From Octopus sinensis (taxonomy: Eukaryota), in the NCBI RefSeq assembly GCF_006345805.1, contig NC_043004.1:71176001-71240000 (forward strand): a stretch of 64,000 bases of DNA. Direction: 5' to 3'. The translations under genes and the position numbers were made by a program. Below, in pieces: positions 51,276-64,000 of the stretch (positions are counted from its first letter, which is position 1; each line of letters starts with the position of its first letter). The notes under the pieces are model-generated. The model saw only the letters and a list, made by a program, of their open reading frames with translations, had not been told where the DNA came from and made no database searches.

Positions 51276-51668
51276 ATATATATGTATATACACATATAAG
51301 TGTGTGAATGTGTGTCTATTTGTGTGTGTGTGTGTTTTTGCGCCTACGCCTGCATGTGTGTGTATGCGTGAGCGTGTAACTTTAGGAATACATACGTATA
51401 TGAATACATACAAATATTAAATCAAAACTAATGATCTTTAAATTACAACAAGAAATTGCTTCACACAATTATCTTCATATAAAATTCATTCATTTAATTT
51501 TTCCCTCCTCTTATGAGCATATCTGCTCTCACTGTTTCGTGGTTATACAGTGTCTCACATTCTATCCATCTCGTCTTCCCTCTCTACGCACGCGGGCGTG
51601 TACGTATTATATATATATTGCTATATTTGCATTTATATATGCATGTGTGTATATATATATATATATAT

Positions 51669-51783
<115 letters not shown>

Positions 51784-52292
51784 TTCCGACGTATATTCTT
51801 ACATGGATGCTTATATTCATACGTGCATAGATACTTGCGTGCATACATACATATGCGTGCGTATGTTATTCTTGATTTGGAATTGGATTTTTTTTTTTCA
51901 TTGAATTGAAGAATTCTGACTGATTTATTCAACTGGAATGAAACAATACATTAGCTGGAATCTTGAAAAATATAATGAATTCGTGTTTTATTCCTTAAAA
52001 AATAAAACAATAAAAACTAAAAAAAATAAATTGGAAACAAAGGGGCGTTAGCTTCTAGAAAAAGGGGAAAAAATATGAATACAGCAGCAATTAGTAGCAA
52101 GAATTCATTTCCCGAAAGACAAGCTATTTTAATAAGACCACAAACATATCATTCACAAAAATTCCCCCACACCAAGTACATTTTTTTAAATATAAGATTC
52201 TATGCAATTACATATGTATGTAAAATTCCGTACCTACATATGCCTCTGAGTTTGTGTTTGTATATGTCTGTGTTACTGTAAGTGTGCAAGTT

Positions 52293-52346
<54 letters not shown>

Positions 52347-52363
52347 TAGATAGATAGATAGAC

Positions 52364-52405
<42 letters not shown>

Positions 52406-53778
52406 TCAGACAGATAGATAGTGATTCATACATACATACTAACATCTGTATATAGGCAGATAGATCGATCGATCGATCGCTAGATATATAGATAGTGAGA
52501 GAGAGAGTGTGTTACTCTGAAGTATATTTAGTGTGTCCCTGTGCCATGTAGAATGTGTGGATGCAAATTTAAGATGGTGTATCGTTCCCTAAGTAGCAAT
52601 GTTCAAACATGCGTGTTCGTATATGCCTATAGATATGTACTGAAGCGTATAGGTATGTGTAATGCCAACGTTTCAATATTTGAATATTTCATACATTACA
52701 TGCATAAAACATATATGCCTGCAAAATATAGATGAATTTTAATGCATCTATATTTGAACCAATATTACTCTCCTGACAAGCCAGTTCACACTTTGCTGTA
52801 TATGTATCGCAATTTCTATATGGGATTTAACTTTATTTTTCCTTTCCATACTTACCACCTCTCCAGCTGCGTATACATGCAATCCTACACATACACAAAC
52901 ACATGCATTTACATATATAACAATAAAAACAACGTATGCTCTGTGTGTTTGTGTGTGCGTGTATGAGTGTGTGTGTGTGTATGTCTGCGTGTTTGTTTGT
53001 GTATGTGTATGCGCGTAATACATGCATAAGTTTCGATATTCGTTTTATCATATTGATGTATTGAGTTAGAGTTTCTTGTCTGAGCGTTTGTACACCGTTC
53101 CTCACCTGACACGAACACGAGTTCCTTTTCTATATATGTCATCTTTTTCTAAGTAGTTATGGATTTGGCTAGTTCCGTGTGTGGTTGCTTAGCTTGTATA
53201 CTTATGCTTTATCCTATGTCATCCAGAGTCAAACAATGATTCTCATTAAAGCGAGAGAAAAAAAAGCGAATTATTTTCTACATCATAAAAAATAAATCAG
53301 TTTTTTTGGTAAGATTTCGTAATCACAACTCACATAAAAGTATACTACTTTTCTTTTCATTTAGCATATATTCGAAAATATTGGTCCGAAAATCGCCGGA
53401 ATATGTTTCTGTTTGGGTAGGGGCATCAAACTGCAAGTACAAAATGGCATTTATGAATTTGTGATGTGATGTCGTTTGTTGAAACAGATGTTATTGTGTT
53501 TTGGGATGGTAATTTTTTTGCAAATAAACACACACTATGAATTCGTTCTTCACTCGATAATCACACTTCTCATTTTTACTCATGTCCATTGCCGTGAAAT
53601 CTATCGTCACACATATGTGAGGTCACACATCTATGACGAAAGATTTCTGGACAATGGGCGTGAATTGCAATAAGACCAGTAATAAACGAGCGAAGAACGA
53701 ATATATAGTGCGTGTGTATATTTGTCAAAAGTATAAATCATCGTTAAATACAACACCGCATATATATCTCTCTCTACA

Positions 53779-53885
<107 letters not shown>

Positions 53886-53907
53886 TACATATATATATAT
53901 ATATATG

Positions 53908-53948
<41 letters not shown>

Positions 53949-53983
53949 ATCTATATAAACATATATATATATTTATATATATT

Positions 53984-54032
<49 letters not shown>

Positions 54033-54920
54033 ACGCACACATACATATCTATATACTTTTATCCTGTGGATAAATGAATTGCATATTAATTCTATCCTTA
54101 TCTGTTTTAATCCTCATAGAGAAATGAACAGATAAAACTCATTTATCTTTTGTTTTTCCATGCAAGATGAACGATAATGCAGACATACAAGGAAACAAAA
54201 ATTTAATTAAAAACTTACATTAGCTGCTAACCATATTCTAAATAGCTTGGAATAGCATTCCGGTCTTCAGTTGTGAAAATAATTGTAATTATATATTAAA
54301 CTGACGCATTATATTCTTCTTCTGTTCCGTTTGGATGTCCAGATTTTGTTTGACTTTCCACGAGACTCACACCAATGCCAAGGAATACGAAACAAATGTA
54401 CAAGTAACTAACAGCTTCAATTATGGTTAAACGTATTAATGTTGTCAATATGAATGACAGAAATACAATTATAGTTTTTTTTACGTCTGTAGCTTGTAAT
54501 TAACGTCTTATTCTATACATAATATATAGTCAAGAAATAAGTTACTATTTATAATGTATTACAGTCTGTTTAACAATTAACTAGCTAACTATGTAACTTG
54601 CTAATTAACGGTGAATACACTTACTGATGAGGTTTGTCCAAAATGAAACAAACGTTTAAAAAGTGAAATATTTTTTGTTGTATTGCAATCAGACTTCACT
54701 CTGGAAATAATTCCTTCTTTTTTTCCTATACTTTGGAACGCATATTAAGGTATTGGGGCACTTATGATGTTTAATATATTACGAAAATATTTTTTTAAAT
54801 GAAATTTATTAGTGTATATTCATTCAGTTTGCGCTGCATGAGAAATAGAGTATTTTGCGATATTAGATTAGTGATAACGATTTGGGTCAGCATATGGGTG
54901 ATAATTATTCCTACATAAAC

Positions 54921-55153
54921 TTAAGGCAGCGAGCTGGCAGAACCGTTAGCACGCCGGGCGAAATACGTAAGCCGTATTTCGTCTGTCGTTACGTTCTGAG
55001 TTCAAATTCCACCGAGGTCGACTTTGCCTTTCATCTTTTCGGGGTCGATAAATTAATTACCAGTTACGCACTGGGATCGATGTAATCGACTTAATTCGTT
55101 TGTCTGTCCTTGTTTGTCCCCTCTATGTTTAGCCCCTTGTGGGTAATAAAGAA
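54921..55153 (+). mobile_element. SINE family C
   Basis: Near-identical to 56704-56940. Confidence 0.88.
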
Positions 55154-55793
55154 GCAGATAATTATGCCTAGATGAATTTTGTTGGGATGAGGAACTTGTA
55201 TTGTGAATCGAAATACATGGAACAGTAGCACAGAACCTACTTGTTTATTTATTTTTCTTCTTTCCCTTATGACCCGAATCTCGAGATGACTCATAAACGT
55301 ATTCTACACTGTAATAACAGCGGTCGAGAAAATCGAATATTAAATAGACCGGAATCTATCTTCAGAAAATTTAAGTGGAAATTTTTTTTTAAAAAAGCGA
55401 CTGGTGGCTATGTGTTCACATTTAACATTTGGTGCTAGCAAAATTTGTAAGGAAGCAAAATGCTTCGAAAATACGTGCGGTAAACATCGCTGCAAATTCG
55501 AAATCTAGAAACCGAGATGTAATGATACAGAAACATCATTTCCTGTCATATTCCAAAACAGGGTGGATGAGATTAGAGTATGTTATGGATGATACATCAG
55601 TGGATGAGCACTGGAAGTTGGTTTCGAAAAGATGTTTGTTTTATGAATTCCCTAAATAAAAGAAAACAGAACACAACACTTACAGTGAATAACAGTAAGA
55701 CGCGCTTACAGTTTTGAAAAATATTTTATAACACTTTTTATGTATCTACCTGCCATTCTACCTACCTATCTAACTATCTATCTATCTATCTAA

Positions 55794-55863
<70 letters not shown>

Positions 55864-55993
55864 ATCTATCTGTCTGTCTGTTTGTCTGTCTATATATATA
55901 TATATACATATATATATTATTATTTGAGGGAATAAAATCCAAACTTACGAGGAAAAAAATTCAATTTAGAAATACTAAATCAAATTCCACACA

Positions 55994-56089
<96 letters not shown>

Positions 56090-56703
56090 AATTTTAGAAA
56101 AAAAACACCTTTTATCGATTCAAAATTAATTATTAAATTACACCATCTAGAAATTACATATAATAGAAAGTTAAAATTAAAATAACAATAAAAAGTAAAG
56201 ATTAAGTAAATTATAAAAATAATAAAAATGTATATAATAGGTAGAAAAACAATATATATATATATATATATGCATGTATATATATATGTATATATGTATA
56301 TATATATGTGTGTGTGTGTGTTTGTATCAATACGTATATGTGTGTGTATGTATAAATATATGTTACAACGTATTATATATTAGATACAATTCATAGATAT
56401 AATATCATTTTACGCATCTCATAGTAGTTTCTAACATATTACGATGATGAACTGAAGCTCTGAATTAATTGTAACGAGTGATCTTATAAAAAAAATCCTT
56501 TGATATGTGGGCACATGAAAACCGGTTCCGTGTACCTTGTGAACAAGTAAGTGGGTATCTGGAAAACAGAAGGACATTGGAAGGAATCTGAAGTACGAAA
56601 ATAGCTGTGTACATTGCTTTCATAGAAGCATGTTTGTTTCTAGGTTCAATATATAATACCTGGTTCGTATCTAGTTTGGGGAAAGACGGTAGCTATTCGT
56701 GGC

Positions 56704-56940
56704 TTAAGGCGGCGAGCTGGCAGAAACATTAGCACGCCGGGCGAAATGCTTAGCGGTATTTCGTCTGCGTTACGTTGTGAGTTCAAATTCCGCCGAGGTC
56801 GACTTTGCCTTTCATCCTTTCGGGGTCGATAAATTAAGTACCAGTTACGCACTGGGGTCGATGTAATCGCCTTAATACCTATGTCTGTCCTTGTTTGTCC
56901 CCTCTGTGTTTAGCCCCTTATGGGTAATAAAGAAATAGGT
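56704..56940 (+). mobile_element. SINE family C, full length
   Basis: TTAAGGCGGCGAGCTGGCAG head, GAGTTCAAATTCC B-box, Meta-like core, tail ending TAAAGAAATAGGTA. Confidence 0.88.
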
Positions 56941-57089
56941 AGTTATTCGTGAGAGATCGTGCGATGCTGAAAAAGCTTCAACGTCTACTTGACAGAGGAA
57001 GTTTATAGGGTATATTCTAAGGGCATATTGTAATTCCTTCATGATTATGGGTTTACTGCAACATCCCGGTTGTTCGTTAGGATTCATAG

Positions 57090-57620
57090 TCGGTGTGGGT
57101 TAAAGCAGGCCACAGTGTGCGCATAAACAATCAGAATGAATCTCTTTTATCACCCATAGAGTTCAGGATCATGGGAAAGAGCGATAATGTCGGAAATGGA
57201 AAGACATCCTGTGCTTGCTTGAAAAAGACTACAGAGCTTATTATGGCTGTAGAAACAAACACCCTGTGGAGATAGGTGCATGGGTAGGTTTCACCAGAAT
57301 GTGGGGTATTGGAAGTTGGGATGAAACAAAAGTATACAGTATTGCGGAATGTCCTACATTGACCCAGGAAGAATAGCAGAAATGAAAACGTAATGGAGCT
57401 GGGAAAGTTTTACACTAGAAGCTTTGCCAAAAATGCGAGTTTGATGCAGTAAGCTCAGGGTACGATAATCGATCAGAAAAAATATTTGAATCGGAGAGTT
57501 GCAAGATATTGTAGGATTTACCATTTCCTACTGACTAATCGACTGGGACCATTTCATTCGAGGAAAAAAAGCTACTATCTCTTAAGGTCTGCGATCACGA
57601 GAATTTGGAAATATTGTGAC
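57090..57620 (+). mobile_element. Highly decayed R4/Dong-type LINE fragment
   Basis: KKTTELIMA..NTL, (C)RM(C)G...DET......ECP.L.QEE, KR..GKVLH*KLCQK, ESESCKIL*D.P..TD. Confidence 0.6.
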
Positions 57621-58478
57621 TTTAACAGAATCATGGTTCTCTGATTCTGGTCTCCTTCACATACGCTGTTTCACTGCAAATCATAAATAGAGTCCGTAGT
57701 AAAAATGCCCAGCTTGCTGTTAGGTGTGGTCATTGCTGTTAGCTCTTATAAATCAAAACAGCAACAACAACATAAATAACGAATATGATGGTGATGAAGG
57801 TGATGATTGTGATGATAATGATGATGATGAAGACGACGACGACGATGATGATGATGACTGTGATGATGATATTAATAATGATAGTAACAATATTACCATA
57901 CATGTTATGTGATGTGTATAGTGTCATATATAATTTTATGCTCTTTTTTTATTCTATCGCATGTTATTCTGATACATGAGGTAATGAATAATTTATTAGT
58001 TCTCCAACGACAGGTAATTGAACCCTAATTAGAAGCATATATCCAAACCAATGGTTATAGTGTACACAATACCGGATAAAGTACAACTGTCTTCACTGTG
58101 TCTCTACAAGAACAGTTGATGCTCATAGATATCCAAGATTTATATTTGAAGTGTTTAATAGCAAATCAAGTCTCTCGGTTTATTTCGGTAAGGTGGAGAA
58201 ATTCGGCATTTCAGCGAGGAAAAACAATTAAGATTGGATAACAGAACTCAATTAGAAGTGAAAACCAATCTCTCTAAGACCTAATTAGTGTAAGAAACTT
58301 AAAATAACCATTTCTTCTATTAACTTGTTTACGTCCAAATATACGATTCATCCAACTTGATTTCCAAGTAAAACTCTACTAAAAATAAAACTGATCTTAA
58401 TTTAATTCTTTGTATCTTTTTTTTTTTTTGTAAATTTCTTTTCCAGATTCTAAATGTCGCTTCAGCAATGTCATCCAT

Positions 58479-58661
58479 ACCTATTTCTTTATTACCCACA
58501 AGGAGCTAAACATAGAGGGGACAAACAAGGACAGACATAGATATTAAGTCGATTACATCGACCCCAGTGTGTAACTGGTACTTAATTTATCGACCCCGAA
58601 AGGATTGAAAGGCAAAGTCGACCTCGGCGGGATTTGAACTCACAACGTAATGCCAGACGAA
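58479..58661 (-). mobile_element. SINE family C body without a head
   Basis: Reverse complement of the 56760-56940 type. Confidence 0.8.
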
Positions 58662-59637
58662 ACAACCTACGCCACCATCACTAACACCACCCACAGTGTC
58701 GAAACGACGACGACGAACAGCACCACCACCACCACCACCTACGCCGCCACAGCCACCGCTATCACCGCCAGCATGTTCACGAACATTACGGAAACGACGA
58801 CAACCACCACCACCACCACCACCAACAGCAACAACATCAAGTGGAGGCGCAATGGCCCAGTGGTTAGGGCAGCGGACTCGCGGTCGGAGGATCGAGGTTT
58901 CGATTCCCAGACCGGGCGTTGTGTGTATTTATTGAGCGAAAACACCTAAAGCTCCACGAGGCTTTGCAGGGTGTGGTGGCGACACCTGTTCTACTCTTTC
59001 GCTCCAACTTTCTATCACTCTTTCTTCCTGTTTCCTCTCCCCGACTTCCTACGCAACCGCTGAGCCGGGATGCGCATTCATCCATACGCCGATGCTCTCG
59101 GTGTCGGGGGTTGACCTGCTTTCTCCTCTGCGGGTCTTACGAATAGCAAAGGACCACGTTTCGGACTTCTCCCATCTTGCGAGCTCTGGGATGAAGACCG
59201 TTCGCTCAACAGCAACAGCAGCAACAGCAATAACATCAACAACAACAACAATAACAACTCTCAAGAATATCATCATTTACAGAGTAGTTTCAAAAACAAC
59301 AATAAGAGCAGTAACAATATTTTCGTCATCATTGTCAGCGTAATCATTATCACCATCATCATCATCATCACCATCACCATCGTTGTCGTCGTAGTCGTCG
59401 GCGTCGTCATCATCATCATCATCATCATCACTCACTGTCACTTGTCATCATCACCGCCCATCGCTAGCGCCACACATACGCCGCCAACAAAAACAAAATC
59501 CCGTCACTGCACAATCACAACCAGCAGCAACAGCTGCAACATCGCTACCACCACCACCACCACTACTACTGCTAGTACTACTACCACTGCTGTTTGTGCT
59601 ACTACTGCTACTACTACCACTGCTGTTACTGCTGTTG

Positions 59638-59674
<37 letters not shown>

Positions 59675-59714
59675 CACTACTACTACTATACTGCTGCTGC
59701 TGCTACTGCCACTT

Positions 59715-59763
<49 letters not shown>

Positions 59764-59918
59764 TACTACTGCTACTTCTACTATTACTAATACTACTACT
59801 ACTGCTACTACTGCTACTACAACCACTGCTGTTACTGCTGTTGCTACTACTACCACTACTACTACTACTGCTACTGCCACTACTACTATTACTACTTCTA
59901 CTACTGCTGCTTCCGCTA

Positions 59919-59954
<36 letters not shown>

Positions 59955-59957
59955 TTA

Positions 59958-60024
<67 letters not shown>

Positions 60025-60377
60025 TACTGTTGTGTTGTTGTTTCCGTTGCCGCTAATGCAACAAGTGTCGTAATGCTACTTTTCTCGCTTGTTAGTAATG
60101 TTGATTGTGTTATTGATCAAAACGTTGTTATAATTAACGCTGTTATTGTTATTGTTGTTGTTGTTGTTTTCGGTGCTGTCCCTCATGAAATCCTACCCGT
60201 CACCATAAACACATTGGCATCGTTCACGTTATTACTATTATCGCATTTCTTAGTGTCGTTGGCACCGACACCGTTGGAATAACGTTAGAATTATTACGAA
60301 CACACCGATGCCGGCACCAAAACCATCATCTTCATCACCATTTACATCCTTCTGTTTTCCCCTCATCATCGTCGTTG

Positions 60378-60419
<42 letters not shown>

Positions 60420-60467
60420 CTATCATCACCATCATCATCATCATTATCATCATCATCATCGTCATCG

Positions 60468-60512
<45 letters not shown>

Positions 60513-60625
60513 CCACCGCCACCACCACCGTCATCATCATCATCATCATCATCAACACCGCAAATCTCATCATTATCATCATCCTTGTTGCCGTTGTTTT
60601 TGTTGTTGTTGTTGTTATCAATTTT
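58660..60625. repeat. Large compound trinucleotide block of (ACG), (ACC), (CAA), (CAT), (CTA), (CTG) and (GTT) repeats
   Basis: Read directly from the sequence; includes a ~490-bp (CTA)n-based array at 59540-60030 and (CAT)n at 60365-60555. Confidence 0.95.
58843..59210 (+). mobile_element. SINE family B, full head with tail type 3 ending in (CAA/CAG)n
   Basis: A-box TGGCCCAGTGG, B-box GGTTTCGATTCCC, body as at 23765; a different GC-rich tail from ~59035. Confidence 0.82.
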
Positions 60626-61441
60626 AGAAATGTTCTTAATTATTTTCTATAATCATTATGTTTTAATTATTAAACTTCTTTTCCGTCTTCTTTATTTTTC
60701 TTTTTTTTCTTTCTTTGTATCAATTAAATACACATCGGTTTCTATATTCTATATTTGGCGATTTCCCAGCATGAAATTTACGTCAAGTAGAGTCAGCGAC
60801 TACACCGGAGGCAGTTCGCTATTAAAGAATGTATTTATTGAATACACTCACAAACATAATATATGCACAATCCCTCTTACATATATATATACATGCGCAT
60901 AAGCACATTACTCACATAGAAAACAATCGCCCCCCCCCCACTCACACACACACAAACGCGCGTACATATATAGTTGTATGACGTATATATACACTAGCAC
61001 GTAAATTAATTGCAGATTCTAAAATTATATGTATGGATAAATATAAACACGATATATGAGTAAAAGATGTTAGATTTACGCACAATTCTATATGCGTGAA
61101 CTGACGCCTGCATGTAGATACGGACACATCCACACACAAACACACGCATATATATATACTCACACACACATGTATTTATACACACACACACATATATATA
61201 TATATATACATGATACATATATATACTTATTGAAGTAGATAAATGAATTATCTTATTACGGATAATTCAAAAGATAACCGATAACTGGGTAGCAAAGTTC
61301 CTGGATTTTCCTGAAGGGAAAGCTGCAAAATGGACTCCTTATTCAATCGGAATTAGGGACTTTGCAGACTTCGAAGCATATGTCGAAAATAAAATAAAGG
61401 AATTTTGTTAAATCTTCGTTCAGCTCCATTCTTTTCTATAC

Positions 61442-61501
<60 letters not shown>

Positions 61502-63653
61502 CAAATATATCAATACACATACACACGCTAAAAAGAGGAAACGACAGCAAATTGTTTCTCCGTAAAATTCCTAAAGAAAGTCTTCTGAGCCTGGAAAATA
61601 TGGAAAATACCAATTCATAACATTAAAGTTCGACTTGCAATAATATTGTCGCTTGAAAAATATCTATAAAGCATTCTTATATTTCATACGATGCTTCATG
61701 AAAATTATACGTGATATATATATATATATGCATGCTGTGACTGACATCTGGAAAAAATTCTGGAATGTCTTGTAACAGATTTTGACATTGGAAGTTGCAC
61801 AAGCGGGGAACGGTGCGCCACTGCATAGTGACAAAAATTTTAATATTACCATCAGGATAGAGAACCAGATATTGCAACAACTTCGTGTTCGAAGGGCTCA
61901 TAGCTCTTCACCCCCTCCCCCCGACACACACAAAAGGCTTGTGAGACCTACATGGGTGGATGTAGCTTTTTCCGAAACAAAACTGTCAAATGTTCCGGAT
62001 GACGTAACTCGAAGCAGTGAACTTCGTAGCAGATGAGGAAGCACAATAAAACGCCCTTCTTCAGCTAAAGCCATGTATCCGAAGAGGTTTCTATTACTGA
62101 ATCATTTCAATGAACCCACGAGGAGCGATGTTTGAAGAATACTCTGCTAGCTTAATGCTTTAATGGAAAGAGTAGACGCTGTTATCATTTTGGACGTGAG
62201 ATCTTTATCAGAAGGAAGAAAAAAGAGTGCTGCCAGCATTGAAACAGTGAAAAGGAGTGAAAATAATTTCTACCGAAATTTTAGAACCAGCCTGGGTGCA
62301 TTTCAGTTGGGTACTAAAGGTATGAGTTTGAGGTGTGTGCATCAATGCAGTTATAAAATTTACCCGGATATAAATTCTGGCATTGAACGGAGTGGTGACA
62401 GTGTGAGTGTTCTACGATGTCCTACTTTGCTGGTGTATGTGCGTAATCGTTCGTCAGGTGGTATGGAAGCATGTATGTGAGGACATGAGGTGCGAGAATG
62501 AGAGAGCTATGGCATTGATAAAGTGTATGAGATGTCAAAAGCAAACCGGAGACATTTTTGGCGTATGTGGAAGTACATGACAAAAGCGTTTACGAGTGTG
62601 ACACGATGTTTTTTTTAGAAAGTCGCAATGTAAGAAAAATGTATGAAATCTGTGAAGAGAAGAAAAGGCAATGGAATTGGTAATAATGACAAAATGAAAA
62701 ACAATAGAAAAACGAAATGTCTCTAGAATTTGATAGATCATTTAGATGATGGTGAGAAAGTGGTAAAATGAAGAGAGAATAAGTAACTGTAATGAAGAAG
62801 TACGGAAGAGAAATTAGTTCGTTTAAGAGATGAACGTCCATTTGATATGGAAATGATGTTGGGAAGAGATACTGGGAGGGAGAGAGATAGACAGAGAGGG
62901 AGAGAGACAGAGAGAGATAGAGAGAGACAGGGAGATATAGACAGAGTTTAAGACGAGAATATGGCATAAGCATTATAGGATTATTAAGAGGGGCATTTTG
63001 TTGAATAATTAGGATAAAAATATAACACTACTGCCACGCTTCTTAAGGTATCAACAGAAACGAGATGTAAAAATCTAGTTACTGTGGGTTTCTCCGTTTC
63101 GTGCATAGCGCAAAACTTTATTATTAATAAGTCACGTGATTGCAACTAGTTCAGTTTTTGCATAAAGAATTTAAACACGAATCCTTTTGAAAAATGATTA
63201 ATGAAGTAATTTTCAATTTTTTATTTTTCTTGGTTACTTTTCGTTAAAAAAAAATCGTTTGCAATAATTATTGAGGAATGCAACGTCCTTGACATATTTC
63301 AAAATCTTCTCACGTTTCATTGAATTTGATTCCCACAGAATGGAGAAAGAATCCTTTACAAAGCAACATCGTATCTGCGGCAGCGATGCCTTCGCGTCTT
63401 GCTTGCTTCAGATGCAATAATGCAAACAGAATTAGGAATTCTAAAAATATTTTTCTTACCCACTTTTTCCTTCACACGTCTATTCACACGCACATGCATA
63501 CATATGTACATATATATATAAACAGACACACACACAAGTACATGTAAACAAACACACACACACAAATATATATATATATGACAATCTTACGTGTATGAAT
63601 ATATATCAGTATGTATATATATGAATATATATATATATATAAATATGTATATA

Positions 63654-63709
<56 letters not shown>

Positions 63710-63739
63710 CATATATACATATATATATATATATATTAT

Positions 63740-63795
<56 letters not shown>

Positions 63796-63892
63796 TATAT
63801 ATATAAATATTAAATATATTATATATATTATTACATATATACATATATATATATATATTCATATGTATATATATGCATATATATATATATTG

Positions 63893-63925
<33 letters not shown>

Positions 63926-64000
63926 CATGGTGTGTGTGTGAGGTGTTTGTGTGTGTGTGTGAGTGTGTGTGTGTGTGTGTGTGCATTATATTAGGAAGAC

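Noticed and set aside
54320-54400. Peptide ILFDFPRDSHQC resembling a Cys-loop receptor FPxDxxxC motif
   Set aside because: The first Cys is not in frame, the downstream sequence lacks the expected FGSW-like motif, and the frame stops soon after.
56520-56552. GTAAGT donor after MWAHENRFRVPCEQ
   Set aside because: In-frame stop just upstream, no acceptor, and such donors occur by chance at this length.
58843-58915. tRNA genes here and at 28170-28245 and 1491-1550
   Set aside because: The A/B boxes run straight into repeated SINE bodies and there is no complete acceptor stem.

Overview
AT-rich eukaryotic DNA dominated by microsatellites and transposable elements. It is most likely an Octopus (cephalopod) intergenic or intronic region; this is inferred from recalled repeat families, not from a search. 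No host gene could be recognised with confidence, and nearly all supplied ORFs are translations of (TA)n, (CA)n, (TATG)n or trinucleotide repeats. Supported features: a 5'-truncated Penelope-like element (PLE) with an uninterrupted RT+GIY-YIG ORF (11857-13533, -); a decayed PLE (21.3-23.1 kb, +); a Tc1 element with long IR-DR termini (9470-11071); a mariner (44.4-45.7 kb); a DD37D-like remnant; RTE and R4/Dong-type LINE fragments; three SINE groups; and MITE-like palindromes. The main unexplained signal is a set of minimal type I hammerhead ribozyme (HHR) motifs spread across many repeat families. One has a canonical core (46125-46215). One non-coding 558-nt monomer is tandemly repeated with hammerheads exactly 558 nt apart (31600-33017), which resembles a retrozyme/circRNA element. 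Across families the core N3-N8 pair appears as C-G, A-U and G-C, and as U-A by inference from two decayed copies. All folds were done by eye and none has been tested.
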